A stretch of DNA of 64,000 nt, from NCBI GenBank assembly GCA_041611735.1, contig JBFIML010000005.1, positions 32,001-96,000 on the forward strand, read 5' to 3'. The translations under genes and the position numbers were made by a program. The notes below the pieces were generated by a model that was not told where the DNA came from, ran no database searches, and saw nothing but the letters and a program-made list of their open reading frames with translations. Positions 31,927-42,726 of the stretch are shown here, piece after piece; position 1 is the first letter of the stretch; the number at the start of each line of letters is the position of its first letter. The DNA comes from Myxococcota bacterium. GTDB taxonomy: Bacteria; Myxococcota_A; UBA9160; PR03.

Positions 31927-33501
31927 ATGGCCCCCCGGACCCCGCCGCGCCGCGTGGCGCGCGCGCTGCTCTCGGTCTCCGACAAGATGGGCCTCGTGGA
32001 GTTCGCCCGGGGTCTTGCCAAGCTCGGCGTCGAGCTGGTGGCCTCCGGCGGGACCGCCCAGACCCTGCGCGGGGCGGGCCTTGCGGTGGTGGACGTGGCG
32101 GAGCTGACCGGGAGCCCCGAGATGCTGGGCGGGCGGGTCAAGACCCTTCATCCGCGGGTGCACGGCGGCATCCTGGCCCGGCGCGACCACGACGGCGACC
32201 GCGGCGACGTGGAGGCCCAGGGTCTGCGCCCCATCGATCTGGTGGTGGTGAACCTCTACCCCTTCGAGGCGACCGTGGCGCGCCCCGGCGTCTCCGTGGC
32301 GGAGGCCATCGAGAAGATCGACATCGGTGGCCCCAGCATGATCCGCTCCGCCGCCAAGAACCACGCCTGGGTGGCCGTGGTGGTGGATCCGGCCGACTAC
32401 GCGGCGGTGCTGGCGGAGCTCCAGGCAAACGACGGCACGCTCGGCGACGCCACGCGCCGCCGCCTGGCGCTGCGCGCCTTCGCGCGTACCGCCCACTACG
32501 ACGCAGCCATCGAGGCCTGGCTGGCGGGCGTCGTGGAGGGAGCCCCGCCGGAGCGGCTCCCGGTCCGCCTGCAGGTCGATCTGCCCCGCGCCCGGTCCCT
32601 GCGCTACGGCGAGAACCCGCACCAGCACGCGGCGCTCTACGGCGGCTTCCTGGACCTGGCCGAGCCGCTGCACGGCAAGGAGCTCTCCTTCAACAACGTG
32701 GTGGACGTCCAGGCGGCCCTGGCGCTGGTTCTCGAGTTCGACCCGGCCGAGTCGGCGGCCGTCGGCATCCTGAAGCACAACACCCCCTGCGGCGTCGGGA
32801 CCGGCGCGGCCCCCGTCGAGGCCTGGCGGCACGCCTTTGCCACGGACCCGGACTCACCCTTCGGCGGCATCGTGGTGGTGAACCGCCCCTGCGACCTCCC
32901 GCTGGCCGAGGAGGTGGACCGCATCTTCACCGAGGTGCTGATCGCGCCGGACTTCAGCCCGGAGGCCCTGGCGCTGCTGCGCAAGAAGAAGAACCGGCGC
33001 CTGCTCCGCTTCCGGCCCCAGCGCATCGACCGCGCCCAGCTCGATTGGAAACGGGTCTACGGGGGCGTGCTGGTGCAGGAGTCCGACGCGGGCATCGAGG
33101 ACCTGGCCTCGGCCCGGGTGGCCACCGCCCGCAAGCCCACGGAGGCGGAGCTGCGCGCGCTGGCCTTCGCCTGGAAGGTGGTGAAGCACGTGAAGAGCAA
33201 CGCGATCGTCTTCGCCGCGGCGGACCGCACCCTGGCCGTGGCCGGGGGGCAGACCTCGCGCGTCGACGCGGTGCACGGGGCGCGCGAGAAGGCGGCCCGG
33301 GTCGGCATCTCCCTGGCCGGCTCGGCCCTGGCGAGCGACGCCTTCTTCCCGTTCCCGGACGGTCTCGAGGTGGCGGTGGCGGCCGGGGCGACGGCCTGCG
33401 TGCAGCCCGGCGGCTCCACCCGCGACGACGAGGTGATCGCCGCCGCGGACCGGCTCGGCATCACCATGCTGCTCACCGGTGTGCGCCACTTCCGCCACTA
33501 G
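31927..33501 (+). CDS. purH: Bifunctional AICAR transformylase/IMP cyclohydrolase
   Basis: [56 protein letters not shown]. Confidence 0.98.
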   Translation: MAPRTPPRRVARALLSVSDKMGLVEFARGLAKLGVELVASGGTAQTLRGAGLAVVDVAELTGSPEMLGGRVKTLHPRVHGGILARRDHDGDRGDVEAQGLRPIDLVVVNLYPFEATVARPGVSVAEAIEKIDIGGPSMIRSAAKNHAWVAVVVDPADYAAVLAELQANDGTLGDATRRRLALRAFARTAHYDAAIEAWLAGVVEGAPPERLPVRLQVDLPRARSLRYGENPHQHAALYGGFLDLAEPLHGKELSFNNVVDVQAALALVLEFDPAESAAVGILKHNTPCGVGTGAAPVEAWRHAFATDPDSPFGGIVVVNRPCDLPLAEEVDRIFTEVLIAPDFSPEALALLRKKKNRRLLRFRPQRIDRAQLDWKRVYGGVLVQESDAGIEDLASARVATARKPTEAELRALAFAWKVVKHVKSNAIVFAAADRTLAVAGGQTSRVDAVHGAREKAARVGISLAGSALASDAFFPFPDGLEVAVAAGATACVQPGGSTRDDEVIAAADRLGITMLLTGVRHFRH

Positions 33502-33637
33502 CGCGCAGGAGGTGCGCGAGCCAGACCAGCGCTCCCGCGGCGGCGACGGCGCCGAAGAGCCGCCGCTCGTAGCGGGCGAGGTCCCCGAGCAGGGCCTGCA
33601 TGGCGTTGCCCAGCGCGTAGCCCGCCAGGCCGATGGT
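33473..33637 (-). pseudogene. Probable DedA-family membrane protein C-terminal remnant
   Basis: Manual translation [46 protein letters not shown].. resembles the DedA C-terminus; no N-terminal half. Confidence 0.55.
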
Positions 33638-33773
33638 TCGAGCGTCCTGGGTTCTCGGGGGCGGCGAAGGCGTCGATACAGCGTTTGTGCGCGAGGGTCG
33701 CGGAGCGTGCGGAGCCCTGGCGAGGCCGGGAGCCGGACGGCATCATCGGCCGGATGCCGACGGAGGCGCTGGG

Positions 33774-35054
33774 GTGCGGATCCTGATCGTCGGCTCGGGC
33801 GGGCGCGAGCACGCCCTGGCCTGGAAGATCGCCCGGAGCCCGCGCGTCGAGCGCGTGCTCGCCGCGCCCGGGAGCGACGGCATGGCGCCCGTGGCGAGCT
33901 CGTTTCCCGCCGTGCGCGCGGACGATGCGGACGCGCTCCGCACCCTGGCGCGCGAAGAGCGCGTGGACCTGGTGGTGGTGGGGCCGGAGGCGCCGCTGGC
34001 CGCCGGCCTGGCGGACCGTCTGCGTGAGGCGGGCGTCGCGGTGTTCGGCCCCTCGGCCGCGGCGGCGCGTCTCGAGGCGAGCAAGGCGTTCGCCAAGCAC
34101 TTCATGGCGCGTCACGGCGTGCCCACGGCGGACTTCCGCGTCTTCGACGCCTTCGAGCCGGCCCGCGCCCACGCGCGATCCCTGGCCGGGGGCTGCGTGG
34201 TGAAGGCGGACGGCCTCGCCGCCGGCAAGGGCGTCTTCGTGTGCGACGAGCCCGGCGCTGCCGAGCGGGCGCTCCAGGAGATCATGGGCGCGCGCCGCTT
34301 CGGCGCGGCCGGCGCGCGGGTCGTGATCGAGGAGCGGCTCGAGGGCGAGGAGGTCTCCTACTACGCCGTCAGCGACGGCGAGCAGGTGGCCCCCCTGGCC
34401 GCCGCCCAGGACCACAAGCGCGCCCTGGACGGCGACCGGGGCGAGAACACCGGCGGCATGGGCGCCTACTCGCCGACGCCCTTCCTGACCGGCGCGGTGG
34501 AGAAGCGCGTCCTCGAGGAGGTCGTCCACCCGACGGTGCGCGGGCTGGCGGCCGAGGGGACGCCCTACCGTGGCGTGCTCTACGTGGGGCTGATGGTGGA
34601 CCGCCAGGGCGCACCGCGGGTGGTGGAGTTCAACGTCCGCTTCGGGGACCCGGAGACCCAGCCGCTCATGGTGCGCATGCAGGGGGATCTCGTCCCGTTG
34701 CTCGCGGGAGCCGCCCGCGGCCGCCTCGACCCGGCCTCGGGCCTCGACTGGCGCGACGCGGCGGTGTGCGTGGTGCTGGCGTCGGGCGGCTACCCGCGCG
34801 ACTACGAGACGGGCAAGCGCATCGAAGGGCTCGAAGCCGCCGAGGCCGTGGCGGGTGTGACCGTGTTCCACGCCGGGACCCGGCGGGCTCCCGACGGCGG
34901 CTTCGTCAGCGCCGGGGGCCGCGTGCTCGGCGTGACCGCCCGGGGCGCCAGCGTGGCGGAGGCGCGCGAGCGCGCCTACCGCGCCTGCGACTGCATCCGC
35001 TTCGAAGGCCTGCACCGGCGCAGCGACATCGCGGCGCGCGCGCTCCCCGCGTGA
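33774..35054 (+). CDS. purD: Phosphoribosylamine--glycine ligase
   Basis: ILIVGSGGREHALAW; VVGPEAPL; KADGLAAGKGV; QDHKR; NTGGMGAYSP; EFNVRFGDPETQ. Confidence 0.97.
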   Translation: MRILIVGSGGREHALAWKIARSPRVERVLAAPGSDGMAPVASSFPAVRADDADALRTLAREERVDLVVVGPEAPLAAGLADRLREAGVAVFGPSAAAARLEASKAFAKHFMARHGVPTADFRVFDAFEPARAHARSLAGGCVVKADGLAAGKGVFVCDEPGAAERALQEIMGARRFGAAGARVVIEERLEGEEVSYYAVSDGEQVAPLAAAQDHKRALDGDRGENTGGMGAYSPTPFLTGAVEKRVLEEVVHPTVRGLAAEGTPYRGVLYVGLMVDRQGAPRVVEFNVRFGDPETQPLMVRMQGDLVPLLAGAARGRLDPASGLDWRDAAVCVVLASGGYPRDYETGKRIEGLEAAEAVAGVTVFHAGTRRAPDGGFVSAGGRVLGVTARGASVAEARERAYRACDCIRFEGLHRRSDIAARALPA

Positions 35055-35713
35055 CCGCCGCGCGCCCGCTGGGCGACTTCCTGGACGAGGCCGTGGCGCG
35101 GCTGCGGGCGGGCGCTCTCGTCGCCTACCCGACCGAGACCGTCTGGGGCCTCGGCGCCGACGCCGACTCCGAGGCGGCGGTGGATCGCCTGCGCGCCTGG
35201 AAGGGGCGCGAGGCGGACCAGCCCATCTCGCTCCTGGTGGACGACGCTGCCTCCCTGGCGGACCTGGGCATCCGGCTCACCCCGCTCGGCCGCCGGCTGG
35301 TGGCGGCCTTCTGGCCCGGTCCCCTCACCCTGGTGGTGCCCTGCGCGCACGGCTTCGCGCCCGGCGTGGCACGCTCCGACGGAGCGGTGGGCGTGCGCTG
35401 CTCTCCCCATCCGCTGGCCGCGGCCCTCGCACGCCGGCTGCACGAGGTCGGCGTCGGGCCGGTCACCGCCACCAGCCTGAATCGCCACGGAGAGCCTCCG
35501 GCGCGCAACGAGGCGGAGGCCCGGGCCCTGTGCGGGAGCGCCGGGGACCCCGGCGCGCCGACCCTGGTGGCGGCGGGGGGACCCGACGCGGGCGGGTCCG
35601 CGACCAGCACCGTCGTGGACCTGACCGGTGCGACGCCCCGGGTGCTGCGCCAGGGCGCCCTCGGCGCCGAGGCGCTCGAGCCCTGGCTCGGCCCCGAGCG
35701 GGCGCGCGCGTGA
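35051..35713 (+). CDS. tsaC: L-threonylcarbamoyladenylate synthase (Sua5/YrdC)
   Basis: VAYPTETVWGLG; KGR; FWPGPLTLV; TATSLN; STVVDL. Confidence 0.9.
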   Translation: MTAARPLGDFLDEAVARLRAGALVAYPTETVWGLGADADSEAAVDRLRAWKGREADQPISLLVDDAASLADLGIRLTPLGRRLVAAFWPGPLTLVVPCAHGFAPGVARSDGAVGVRCSPHPLAAALARRLHEVGVGPVTATSLNRHGEPPARNEAEARALCGSAGDPGAPTLVAAGGPDAGGSATSTVVDLTGATPRVLRQGALGAEALEPWLGPERARA

Positions 35714-36990
35714 GCGACGTGCGCGCCTTTCGCGCGCTCCGCTACGACCCGAGCCGCGTCGAGCTGGAACGGGTGCTGGCGCCCCCCTACGACGTGGTGA
35801 CCCACGAGGAGCGCGCCAGCCTCTGGGAGCGCGACGTCCACAACGCGATCCGTCTCGAGCTCACCCGCGACGAGCGCGAGGAGGCCGAGGCGGACTACGC
35901 AGAGGTGACGCGACGCCTGGGGGCGTGGCGGCGGGAAGGCGTGCTGCGCCGCGACCCGCGGCCCGCCCTGTATCTGCTGCGCCAGCGCTTCGCGGGCCCG
36001 GACGGTGCCCGCCGGGTGCGCGACGGCTTCTTCGCCCTGCTACGGCTCGAGGACTACGCGCGCCGCGTGGTGCGCCCCCACGAACGCACGCTTTCCGGCC
36101 CGAAGGTTGATCGGCTCAAGCTGTTGCGGGCGACGCGTGCCAACCTGTCGCCGGTCTTCCTGCTCTTCGAGGACCGGGAGGACGAGCTGGCGGCGCGGCT
36201 CGCGCCGTGGTGGGAGGGGGAGCCGGCGGCGGAGGCGCGCGATGCGGCGGACGTGGAGAACCGGCTCCTGGTGGTCGAGCACCCGCGCCCCATCGAGGCG
36301 GTGGAGAGCTTCCTGGCCAAGCGTCCGGTGGTGATCGCCGACGGCCACCACCGCTACGAGACGGCCTTGACGTATCGGGAGCAACGCCGCGCCGCGGAGC
36401 CCGGGGCGGGCCCCGACGCCCCCTTCGAGTGGGTGCTCGCCTACTTCGCGAATGCCTTCGCGCCGGGCAACCGGCTGCTGCCCATCCACCGGGTGGTGCG
36501 CCGCGGCCCGGCCCCGGACGCGAAGGCCTGGTCGGCCCGCCTGCCCGGCTGGAGCGCCACGGCGCTTCCGGCAGCGCACCTGGAGGACGTGCCGCGGCTG
36601 CTGGCCGAGCGCCTCGGGCCGCTGCGCAGCCAGGTGGCGTGCGTGGCCGACGACGGCTCCGGGACCCTGCGCCTGCTGCGGCGCGAGCGATCGCCGGTGG
36701 AGGACGAGCTTCCGATCCGCGTGATCCATCGCGAGATATTGGGCGGCGTCTTCGGCCTGGACGAGGCGGCGGTGCGCGAGGGAGCGGTGGCGTTCCCAAA
36801 GAGCGTCCTCGAAGCGGGCCGCGCGGTGCGGGAGGGGCGCGGCGCCGTGGCGCTCTACCTGAACCCGCTCAGCCCGGAGGACGTCTTCCGGGTGACGAGC
36901 GCCGGCGAGCTGCTGCCCCAGAAGTCCACCTTCTTCGCACCGAAGCTCCCGACGGGTCTGGTCTTCCGCCTGCTGGAGGACGACGCGTGA
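35710..36990 (+). CDS. DUF1015 family protein
   Basis: APPYDVV; PHERT; IADGHHRYETA; LPQKSTFFAPKLPTGLV. Confidence 0.92.
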   Translation: MSDVRAFRALRYDPSRVELERVLAPPYDVVTHEERASLWERDVHNAIRLELTRDEREEAEADYAEVTRRLGAWRREGVLRRDPRPALYLLRQRFAGPDGARRVRDGFFALLRLEDYARRVVRPHERTLSGPKVDRLKLLRATRANLSPVFLLFEDREDELAARLAPWWEGEPAAEARDAADVENRLLVVEHPRPIEAVESFLAKRPVVIADGHHRYETALTYREQRRAAEPGAGPDAPFEWVLAYFANAFAPGNRLLPIHRVVRRGPAPDAKAWSARLPGWSATALPAAHLEDVPRLLAERLGPLRSQVACVADDGSGTLRLLRRERSPVEDELPIRVIHREILGGVFGLDEAAVREGAVAFPKSVLEAGRAVREGRGAVALYLNPLSPEDVFRVTSAGELLPQKSTFFAPKLPTGLVFRLLEDDA

Positions 36991-37292
36991 GGAACCGCCG
37001 CCGCAGCCAGCCCACGGCGCTGGGGTCCCTGGTACCCCGCGTGCTGGGCGAGCTCGGCTTCGCGGGCACCGAGGCGGTGCTCCGGATCGTGGAGCGCTGG
37101 GAGGCGGCGGTGGGCCCCGAGGTGGCCCGCCACTGCCGTCCGACGGCCCTGCGCGGGCGCGTGCTGGAGGCGACGGTGGACTCGAGCGTCTGGTGCCAGC
37201 AGCTCCAGCTCCGGCGCGGCGAGATCCTGGCCGCGTTGCAGCGGGAGCTCGGGGACGAGGCCCCGGCAGAGCTGTGGCTGCGGGTCGGCTAG
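36987..37292 (+). CDS. DUF721/DciA family protein
   Basis: WEAAVGPEVARHCRP..L..VDSSVWCQQLQL; GTG coupled to the DUF1015 stop. Confidence 0.85.
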   Translation: MRNRRRSQPTALGSLVPRVLGELGFAGTEAVLRIVERWEAAVGPEVARHCRPTALRGRVLEATVDSSVWCQQLQLRRGEILAALQRELGDEAPAELWLRVG

Positions 37293-37302
37293 ACTGGCGC
37301 CC

Positions 37303-37515
37303 ATGGCCGAGGGGACTCCGGACGAGCCGGGCGTGTCGACGGGCGGGGGCCCGGGGGCGCCCCTGCGTTGCGACTTCTGCGGCGAGCCCGCCGGAAGCCT
37401 GCGGCGGGTGGTCCTCGACGGGGACTACGAGCGGCTCCGCACCCCGCACCGGGAGCTGTACGCCTGCCCGCCCTGCTCGGACCGCAAGGAACGCACCCGG
37501 CTCGGGCTCGGTTGA
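37303..37515 (+). CDS. Small CxxC...CxxC zinc-finger hypothetical protein
   Basis: CDFC and CPPC pairs; TAGACT 7 nt before the ATG; fills the gap between dciA and the rpsP promoter. Confidence 0.65.
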   Translation: MAEGTPDEPGVSTGGGPGAPLRCDFCGEPAGSLRRVVLDGDYERLRTPHRELYACPPCSDRKERTRLGLG

Positions 37516-37540
37516 CCCCCCGTCGGGGCTTTCCTAGCCT
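37512..37540 (+). promoter_or_regulatory. Sigma70-type promoter of the rpsP operon
   Basis: TTGACC-17 nt-TAGCCT. Confidence 0.65.
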
Positions 37541-37589
37541 CCCTGGCCGCTTCGACTGCGCCTGGACCGCTGGTCAGGAGGCCTTCGCC

Positions 37590-37865
37590 ATGGTCAAGAT
37601 CCGGCTGCTGCGCGCCGGAACCAAGAAGCGTCCCTTCTACCGCATCGTCGCCATCGACGAGCGGCGGCGGCGCAACGGGCGTCCGCTCGAGTACCTGGGC
37701 ACCTACGATCCGGTGGCCCGGCCCGAGCGCCTCGATCTCCACGGCGAGCGGCTGGAGGCCTGGCGCGTCCAGGGTGCCCAGGTGACCGACGCGGTGCGGG
37801 CCCTGGCGCGTCGGGCGGCCCGCACGCCGGCGGCCGCGCCTCCGGCGCGTCCCGAGGCCTCCTGA
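37590..37865 (+). CDS. rpsP: 30S ribosomal protein S16
   Basis: MVKIRLLRAGTKKRPFYRIVAIDERRRRNGRPLEYLGTYDP; SD AGGAGG. Confidence 0.96.
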   Translation: MVKIRLLRAGTKKRPFYRIVAIDERRRRNGRPLEYLGTYDPVARPERLDLHGERLEAWRVQGAQVTDAVRALARRAARTPAAAPPARPEAS

Positions 37866-37866
37866 C

Positions 37867-38103
37867 GTGGCCGCGCCCGGTTCGCCTGCCGACCTGGTGG
37901 AGTTCATTGCCCGCGCCATCGTGACGGAGCCGGACCAGGTGCGGGTGCGCGAGAATCGAAGCGAACGCATGATCGAGCTGGAGACCGCCCAGGTGGATCG
38001 CGGGCGCGTGATCGGCCGGCAGGGGCGCATCGCCAAGGCCATGCGGGTGGTGCTCGCCTGCTCGCGGGAGGGGGCGAATCACCGGCTCGACATCGTCGAC
38101 TAG
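37867..38103 (+). CDS. khpA: KH domain RNA-binding protein
   Basis: DRGRVIGRQGRIAKAMR; canonical position between rpsP and rimM. Confidence 0.92.
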   Translation: MAAPGSPADLVEFIARAIVTEPDQVRVRENRSERMIELETAQVDRGRVIGRQGRIAKAMRVVLACSREGANHRLDIVD

Positions 38104-38137
38104 CCGTGCAGGCGCCACCGCCCGGGGTGGCTCCCGG

Positions 38138-38656
38138 GTGGTGTTCGGCTGCGTGGCGGGAGCGCACGGGCTCGAAGGCCGGATCCGCGTGCGCTGCTTC
38201 GGCGACGGGCCGGACAACCTGCTGCGCCTCGGCGAGGTCTGGCTCGGGGCGGGGCCGCAGGACGCTTCGGCCACGCCCTTCGCCGTGCGCCAGGGGAGCC
38301 CCGGGCCGCGCGGCGAGGTACTCCTCGCCCTGGCGGGGGTCTCCAGCCGGGAGGCGGCCGCAGCGCTGCGTGGACGGCTCGTCCTCGGCGACGCCAGCGT
38401 GCTGCCGTCCTTGCCCGAGGGGGAGTTCTACTGGTTCGAGCTGGTGGGCTGCCGGGTGGAGGACACCGGCGGCCGTCCGATCGGGACGGTGCGGGAGCTG
38501 TGGGATCCGGGCGCCCACGACCTGCTGGTCGTGGTGGATGAGGACGGACGCGAGATCCTGATTCCGGCGGTGGCGGATCTGCTGCGAACGGTGGACGTCG
38601 AGGAGGGCCGCATCGTCGTCGAGGTGATTCCGGGGCTGCTCGATTCGGCGCCCTAG
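38138..38656 (+). CDS. rimM: Ribosome maturation factor RimM (true start possibly GTG 38106 with a -1 indel)
   Basis: [39 protein letters not shown]. Confidence 0.93.
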   Translation: MVFGCVAGAHGLEGRIRVRCFGDGPDNLLRLGEVWLGAGPQDASATPFAVRQGSPGPRGEVLLALAGVSSREAAAALRGRLVLGDASVLPSLPEGEFYWFELVGCRVEDTGGRPIGTVRELWDPGAHDLLVVVDEDGREILIPAVADLLRTVDVEEGRIVVEVIPGLLDSAP

Positions 38657-38673
38657 ACCCACGAGGGAGCAAA

Positions 38674-39375
38674 GTGCTCCGGATCGACGTCATCACGATC
38701 TTTCCGGAGCTCTTCGAGCCGTTCCTCTCGCTCTCCACCGTGGGGATTGCCCGACGCGAAGGCCTCCTGGAGGTGGCGGTGCACGACCTGCGCGCTTGGA
38801 CGAAGGATCGCCACCGCAGCGTGGACGATGCGCCCTACGGCGGCGGACCGGGGATGGTGATGAAGCCGGAACCCCTGGTGGCGGCGGTCGAGACGGTGGC
38901 GGGCCCCAAAGGTGCCGGCCGGGAGTCCCACGTGGTACTCCTCTCGCCCCAGGGGCGTCGCCTGGACCAGGGACGGGTGGCCGAGCTGGGGCGCAAGCGC
39001 CGCCTCGCGCTGGTGTGCGGGCGCTACGAGGGCGTGGACCAGCGCGCGATCGATCTGGCCATCGACGAGGAGGTCTCGATCGGGGACTACGTGCTCTCGG
39101 GCGGCGAGGTGCCGGCCATGGTGATGATCGAGGCGGTGGCGCGTCTCGTGCCCGGCGTGCTCGGCAACCCGGAGTCCATGCACCAGGAGTCCTTCGAGAA
39201 TGGGCTGCTCGAAGGCCCCCAGTACACGCGCCCGGCCGTGTTCCGGGGCCTGGCCGTGCCCGAGGTGCTGCGCTCCGGCGACCACCAGGCCATCGCGCGC
39301 TGGCGGGCCGCCCGCGCCCAGGAGATCACGCAACGGCGCCGCCCCGACCTGGCGGCGGGAGAGGACGAGCGATGA
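38674..39375 (+). CDS. trmD: tRNA (guanine-N1)-methyltransferase
   Basis: [46 protein letters not shown]. Confidence 0.98.
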   Translation: MLRIDVITIFPELFEPFLSLSTVGIARREGLLEVAVHDLRAWTKDRHRSVDDAPYGGGPGMVMKPEPLVAAVETVAGPKGAGRESHVVLLSPQGRRLDQGRVAELGRKRRLALVCGRYEGVDQRAIDLAIDEEVSIGDYVLSGGEVPAMVMIEAVARLVPGVLGNPESMHQESFENGLLEGPQYTRPAVFRGLAVPEVLRSGDHQAIARWRAARAQEITQRRRPDLAAGEDER

Positions 39376-39812
39376 ATCCGCTGGACGGGATCGAGAAGGC
39401 GTCTCTGCGCCGGGATCTGCCTCCCTTCCGACCGGGAGACACCCTGCGCGTCCACGTGAAGGTGCGCGAGGGCGACAAGGAACGCATCCAGGTGTTCGAG
39501 GGTGTCGTGCTGCGGCGACGCGGGCAGGGCGCCTCGGAGACCTTCACGGTCCGCAAGGTCTCCTACGGTGTGGGCGTGGAGCGCATCTTCCCGGTCCAGG
39601 CTCCCAGCGTGGACAAGGTGGAGATCAAGAGCCGGGGCCACGTCCGCCGCTCGCGGCTCTACTACCTGCGCGAGCTGCGCGGCAAGAAGGCGCGGCTGCG
39701 CTCCAAGGTGCGCGACCTCTCGCATCTGCTCTCGCCGGAGGAGGCCGAGCAGGCCGAGGCGGGGACGGCGGCAGAGATGCTCGCCGAGGACGAGGCGAAG
39801 CCCGACGAATAG
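39372..39812 (+). CDS. rplS: 50S ribosomal protein L19
   Basis: [47 protein letters not shown]. Confidence 0.97.
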   Translation: MNPLDGIEKASLRRDLPPFRPGDTLRVHVKVREGDKERIQVFEGVVLRRRGQGASETFTVRKVSYGVGVERIFPVQAPSVDKVEIKSRGHVRRSRLYYLRELRGKKARLRSKVRDLSHLLSPEEAEQAEAGTAAEMLAEDEAKPDE

Positions 39813-39819
39813 CCCCGTG

Positions 39820-40191
39820 CTAGTCGCCGGCGTCGAAGGCCCCCTCCAGGTGGTCCAGGGCCACACGGCCTCGCGCATCCACCCGGCACGTCACCACGTC
39901 GAAACGCACGCGCGGCCCGACGCCCCGGTGGGCCGCCAGCCACGCCGCTGCACCGCGGACCAGGCGCGCCCGCTTGCGGGCGTCCACCGCTTCCTCGGGA
40001 GGCCCGAGTCGGTGCGAGCGGCGGGTTTTCACCTCTACGAAGGCCACCAGCCCCGGCCGCGTCGCCACCAGATCGATCTCGACGCCTCCCGCGCGCACGT
40101 TGCGCGCCACGATGCGATACCCTCGCCTCGCAAGGAGGGCGGCGGCACGAGCTTCGCCCTCGGCGCCGAGAGCGCGACGCGGATCGCGCAG
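39820..40191 (-). CDS. yraN: YraN family protein (probable CTG start)
   Basis: LGAEGEARAA; RNVR..GVEIDLVA; FVEVKTR; RFDVV; GGAG 7 nt before an in-frame CTG. Confidence 0.88.
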   Translation of the reverse strand: MRDPRRALGAEGEARAAALLARRGYRIVARNVRAGGVEIDLVATRPGLVAFVEVKTRRSHRLGPPEEAVDARKRARLVRGAAAWLAAHRGVGPRVRFDVVTCRVDARGRVALDHLEGAFDAGD

Positions 40192-40238
40192 GTCGCATCT
40201 CCGCGGGACCGACGGGGGGAGCCTGGAGCCTAGCGCAC

Positions 40239-41075
40239 TTGGGGACCCTCCACGTCGTGGCCACGCCGATCGGCAACCTGGAGGACGTGACCTTGCGCGC
40301 GCTGCGCGTGCTCGCCGAGGCCGACACGCTGCTGGCCGAGGACACGCGGCGCACGCGCACGCTGCTGGTGCACCACGGCATCCGGGCTCGCCCGCGCTCC
40401 CTGCACGCCCACAACGAGGCCGCGCGCACGGGCGAGGTCCTGGCGGCGCTGCGGGCCGGGCAGCAGGTGGCCCTGGTGTGCGACGCTGGGACGCCGCTGG
40501 TCTCCGATCCCGGCGAGCGCCTGGTGGCGGCCGCACTGGCCGACGGGCACCGGGTGGAGCCGGTGCCCGGGGCGTCGGCGGTGCTGGCGGCCCTCGCGGT
40601 GGCCGGCTTCCGGAACACGCCTTTCACCTTCCTCGGCTTCCTGCCCCGGCGCGTCGGCGAGCGTCGCGAGCGGCTCGCGAACCTGCGCGCCCGCCCGGAG
40701 ACGCTGGTGCTCTTCGAGTCGCCGCGTCGGGTGGGGACGACGCTCCGCGAGCTGGCCGAAGCCCTCGGCGCCGGGCGGCAAGCCTGTGTGGCGCGCGAGC
40801 TCACCAAGCGGCACGAGGAGGTCGTGCGCGGTCCGCTCGCCTCCCTGGCGGAGCGCTTCGCCGACGGGGCCCGCGGCGAGGTCACCCTCGTCGTGGAGGG
40901 AGATGCCGGGTCCGCAGAGGCGACCGCCGCGCCCGAGACCGTGGACGCGCGCATCCGCGGGCTGCTGGCGGAGGGCCGCTCGCCGCGCGAGATCGCCGCC
41001 GCCCTGGCGCCGACCCTGCGGCTGCGCAAGCGCGAGGTGTACGCGCGCGCCGTGGCGGCGCGGGAGCGGCGGTGA
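40239..41075 (+). CDS. rsmI: 16S rRNA (cytidine1402-2'-O)-methyltransferase
   Basis: VATPIGNLEDVTLRA; AEDTR; DAGTPLVSDPG; FESPRR; RELTKRHEE. Confidence 0.96.
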   Translation: MGTLHVVATPIGNLEDVTLRALRVLAEADTLLAEDTRRTRTLLVHHGIRARPRSLHAHNEAARTGEVLAALRAGQQVALVCDAGTPLVSDPGERLVAAALADGHRVEPVPGASAVLAALAVAGFRNTPFTFLGFLPRRVGERRERLANLRARPETLVLFESPRRVGTTLRELAEALGAGRQACVARELTKRHEEVVRGPLASLAERFADGARGEVTLVVEGDAGSAEATAAPETVDARIRGLLAEGRSPREIAAALAPTLRLRKREVYARAVAARERR

Positions 41076-42712
41076 GCCCGCCGACCCCGGCCCGGCTGTG
41101 GCGAACCCTGCGGCGCCTGCGCGGCGACCAGGCGCGCGCCCAGCTCCGGCATCGCCTGCGGGGCGCCCCGGCGCCGCGCCCCTGGGTGGGCGAAGCGCCG
41201 GAGCTCGGCGTGCAGGCGCCCCGGGCTCCCTTCCTCCATGCCCCGCCCCACGCCCGCTACGAAGGCGAGGGCACCTTCGACCTGCTCAACCGCGAGGTGG
41301 AGTTCCGCCAGGGCATCGACTGGGACTACACGGAAGAGGGGCCGCTGTGGGCGTTCCACCTGCACCAGTTCGACTACCTTCGCGCGCCGCACCTCGATCC
41401 CCGCACGCGCACCGCCCTGCTGCTCGACTGGATCGAGCGGCACCCGCGCGGCGTCGGCTGGCTCGGGCACCCGCTCTCGCTGCGCACCATGAACTGGCTC
41501 AAGCTCCTGCTCACGCCGGGGGCGTTCGACCTGAACGAGGCGACGGGGCGCTTCCTGCGCGCGTCCCTGGGCCAGCAGCTCCAGGTGCTGGCCGCGCGCC
41601 CCGAGACCCACCTGTTGGCGAACCACTACCTCTCGAACCTGCTGGCCCTGGTCTTCGCCGGGATCGTGCTTGACGGACCCGCGGCGGAACGCTGGCGCGG
41701 CCTCCAGGCGGCGCTTCGCGTCGAGCTGGCGGAGCAGGTGCTGGCGGACGGGGCCCACTTCGAGCGCAGCCCCATGTATCACGCGCTGCTCCTGGAGGCG
41801 GTGCTCGACCTGGCCAACGTGGCCGCCGCCTCGGCGCGGACGCCGGAGGGGCTCGAGGAGACGCTGCGCGAGACCGCCGCGCGCATGCTCGGGGCCCTGC
41901 GGGTGTGGACCCACCCGGACGGTCGCATCGCGCTGTTCGGGGACTCTGCCTTGGGCATCGCCCAGGAGCCCGCCACCCTGGAGCGCTACGCGGCCGCCCT
42001 CGGCATCGCGGTCAAGGAGCCGGCCCGGGACGGGCTGCTGGAGCGGGCGCGCTTCGTGCGGCTGGCGGCCGGGCCCTTCCACGCCATCGCGACCTTCGGG
42101 GACCCGTCGCCCGACTACCAGCCCGGTCACTCCCACGCCGACGCGCTCTCCTTCGAGCTCTCCCTGGGGAGCCAGCGGGTCGTAACCGACACCGGGGTCG
42201 CCGAGTACGTGCGGGGCGCCTACCGGGAGGCGAGCCGCGCCACCCGCTCCCACGCCACCCTGGAGATCGACGGCCGGGACCAGGCCGAGTGCTGGCACTC
42301 CTTCCGCGTCGGCGGCCGCCCCCGGGTCGAGCTGCTGCACGCGGAGCCGGACCGCGTGGCCGAGGGCACCTGCGCCAGCTGGGCCACCCCCCAGGTGGTG
42401 CACCGGCGCCGCTTCCGGGTGGACGAGCGCACCCTGCAGATCCTCGACGCGGTGGAGGGGCGACCGCATCGGGTGCGACTCACCCTGCCGCTCGCGCCGG
42501 GCCTGGAGCCCGAGCTCTCGGCCGAGGTGGCGCGCCTGCGCCTGCCCGAAGGGCGTCGGCTTGAGATCGCGCTTCCTCGCGGCGTGGGCTGGCGGGTGGA
42601 GCGCCGGCTCTACTTTCCGGAGTTCGGCCGGGTGGTGGAGCGCGCCGCCCTCGTGGGGGAGGGCGCGCGCCTTCCCTCCAGCACGTGGCTGTTCCGCTTC
42701 GCGAGCAGCTAG
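41072..42712 (+). CDS. Heparinase II/III family protein
   Basis: LWAFHLHQFDY; HLLANHY; DGAHFERSPMYH; PGHSHADALSFELS; RATRSHATL. Confidence 0.88.
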   Translation: MSPPTPARLWRTLRRLRGDQARAQLRHRLRGAPAPRPWVGEAPELGVQAPRAPFLHAPPHARYEGEGTFDLLNREVEFRQGIDWDYTEEGPLWAFHLHQFDYLRAPHLDPRTRTALLLDWIERHPRGVGWLGHPLSLRTMNWLKLLLTPGAFDLNEATGRFLRASLGQQLQVLAARPETHLLANHYLSNLLALVFAGIVLDGPAAERWRGLQAALRVELAEQVLADGAHFERSPMYHALLLEAVLDLANVAAASARTPEGLEETLRETAARMLGALRVWTHPDGRIALFGDSALGIAQEPATLERYAAALGIAVKEPARDGLLERARFVRLAAGPFHAIATFGDPSPDYQPGHSHADALSFELSLGSQRVVTDTGVAEYVRGAYREASRATRSHATLEIDGRDQAECWHSFRVGGRPRVELLHAEPDRVAEGTCASWATPQVVHRRRFRVDERTLQILDAVEGRPHRVRLTLPLAPGLEPELSAEVARLRLPEGRRLEIALPRGVGWRVERRLYFPEFGRVVERAALVGEGARLPSSTWLFRFASS

Positions 42713-42726
42713 GCCGCCGGGGTGCC

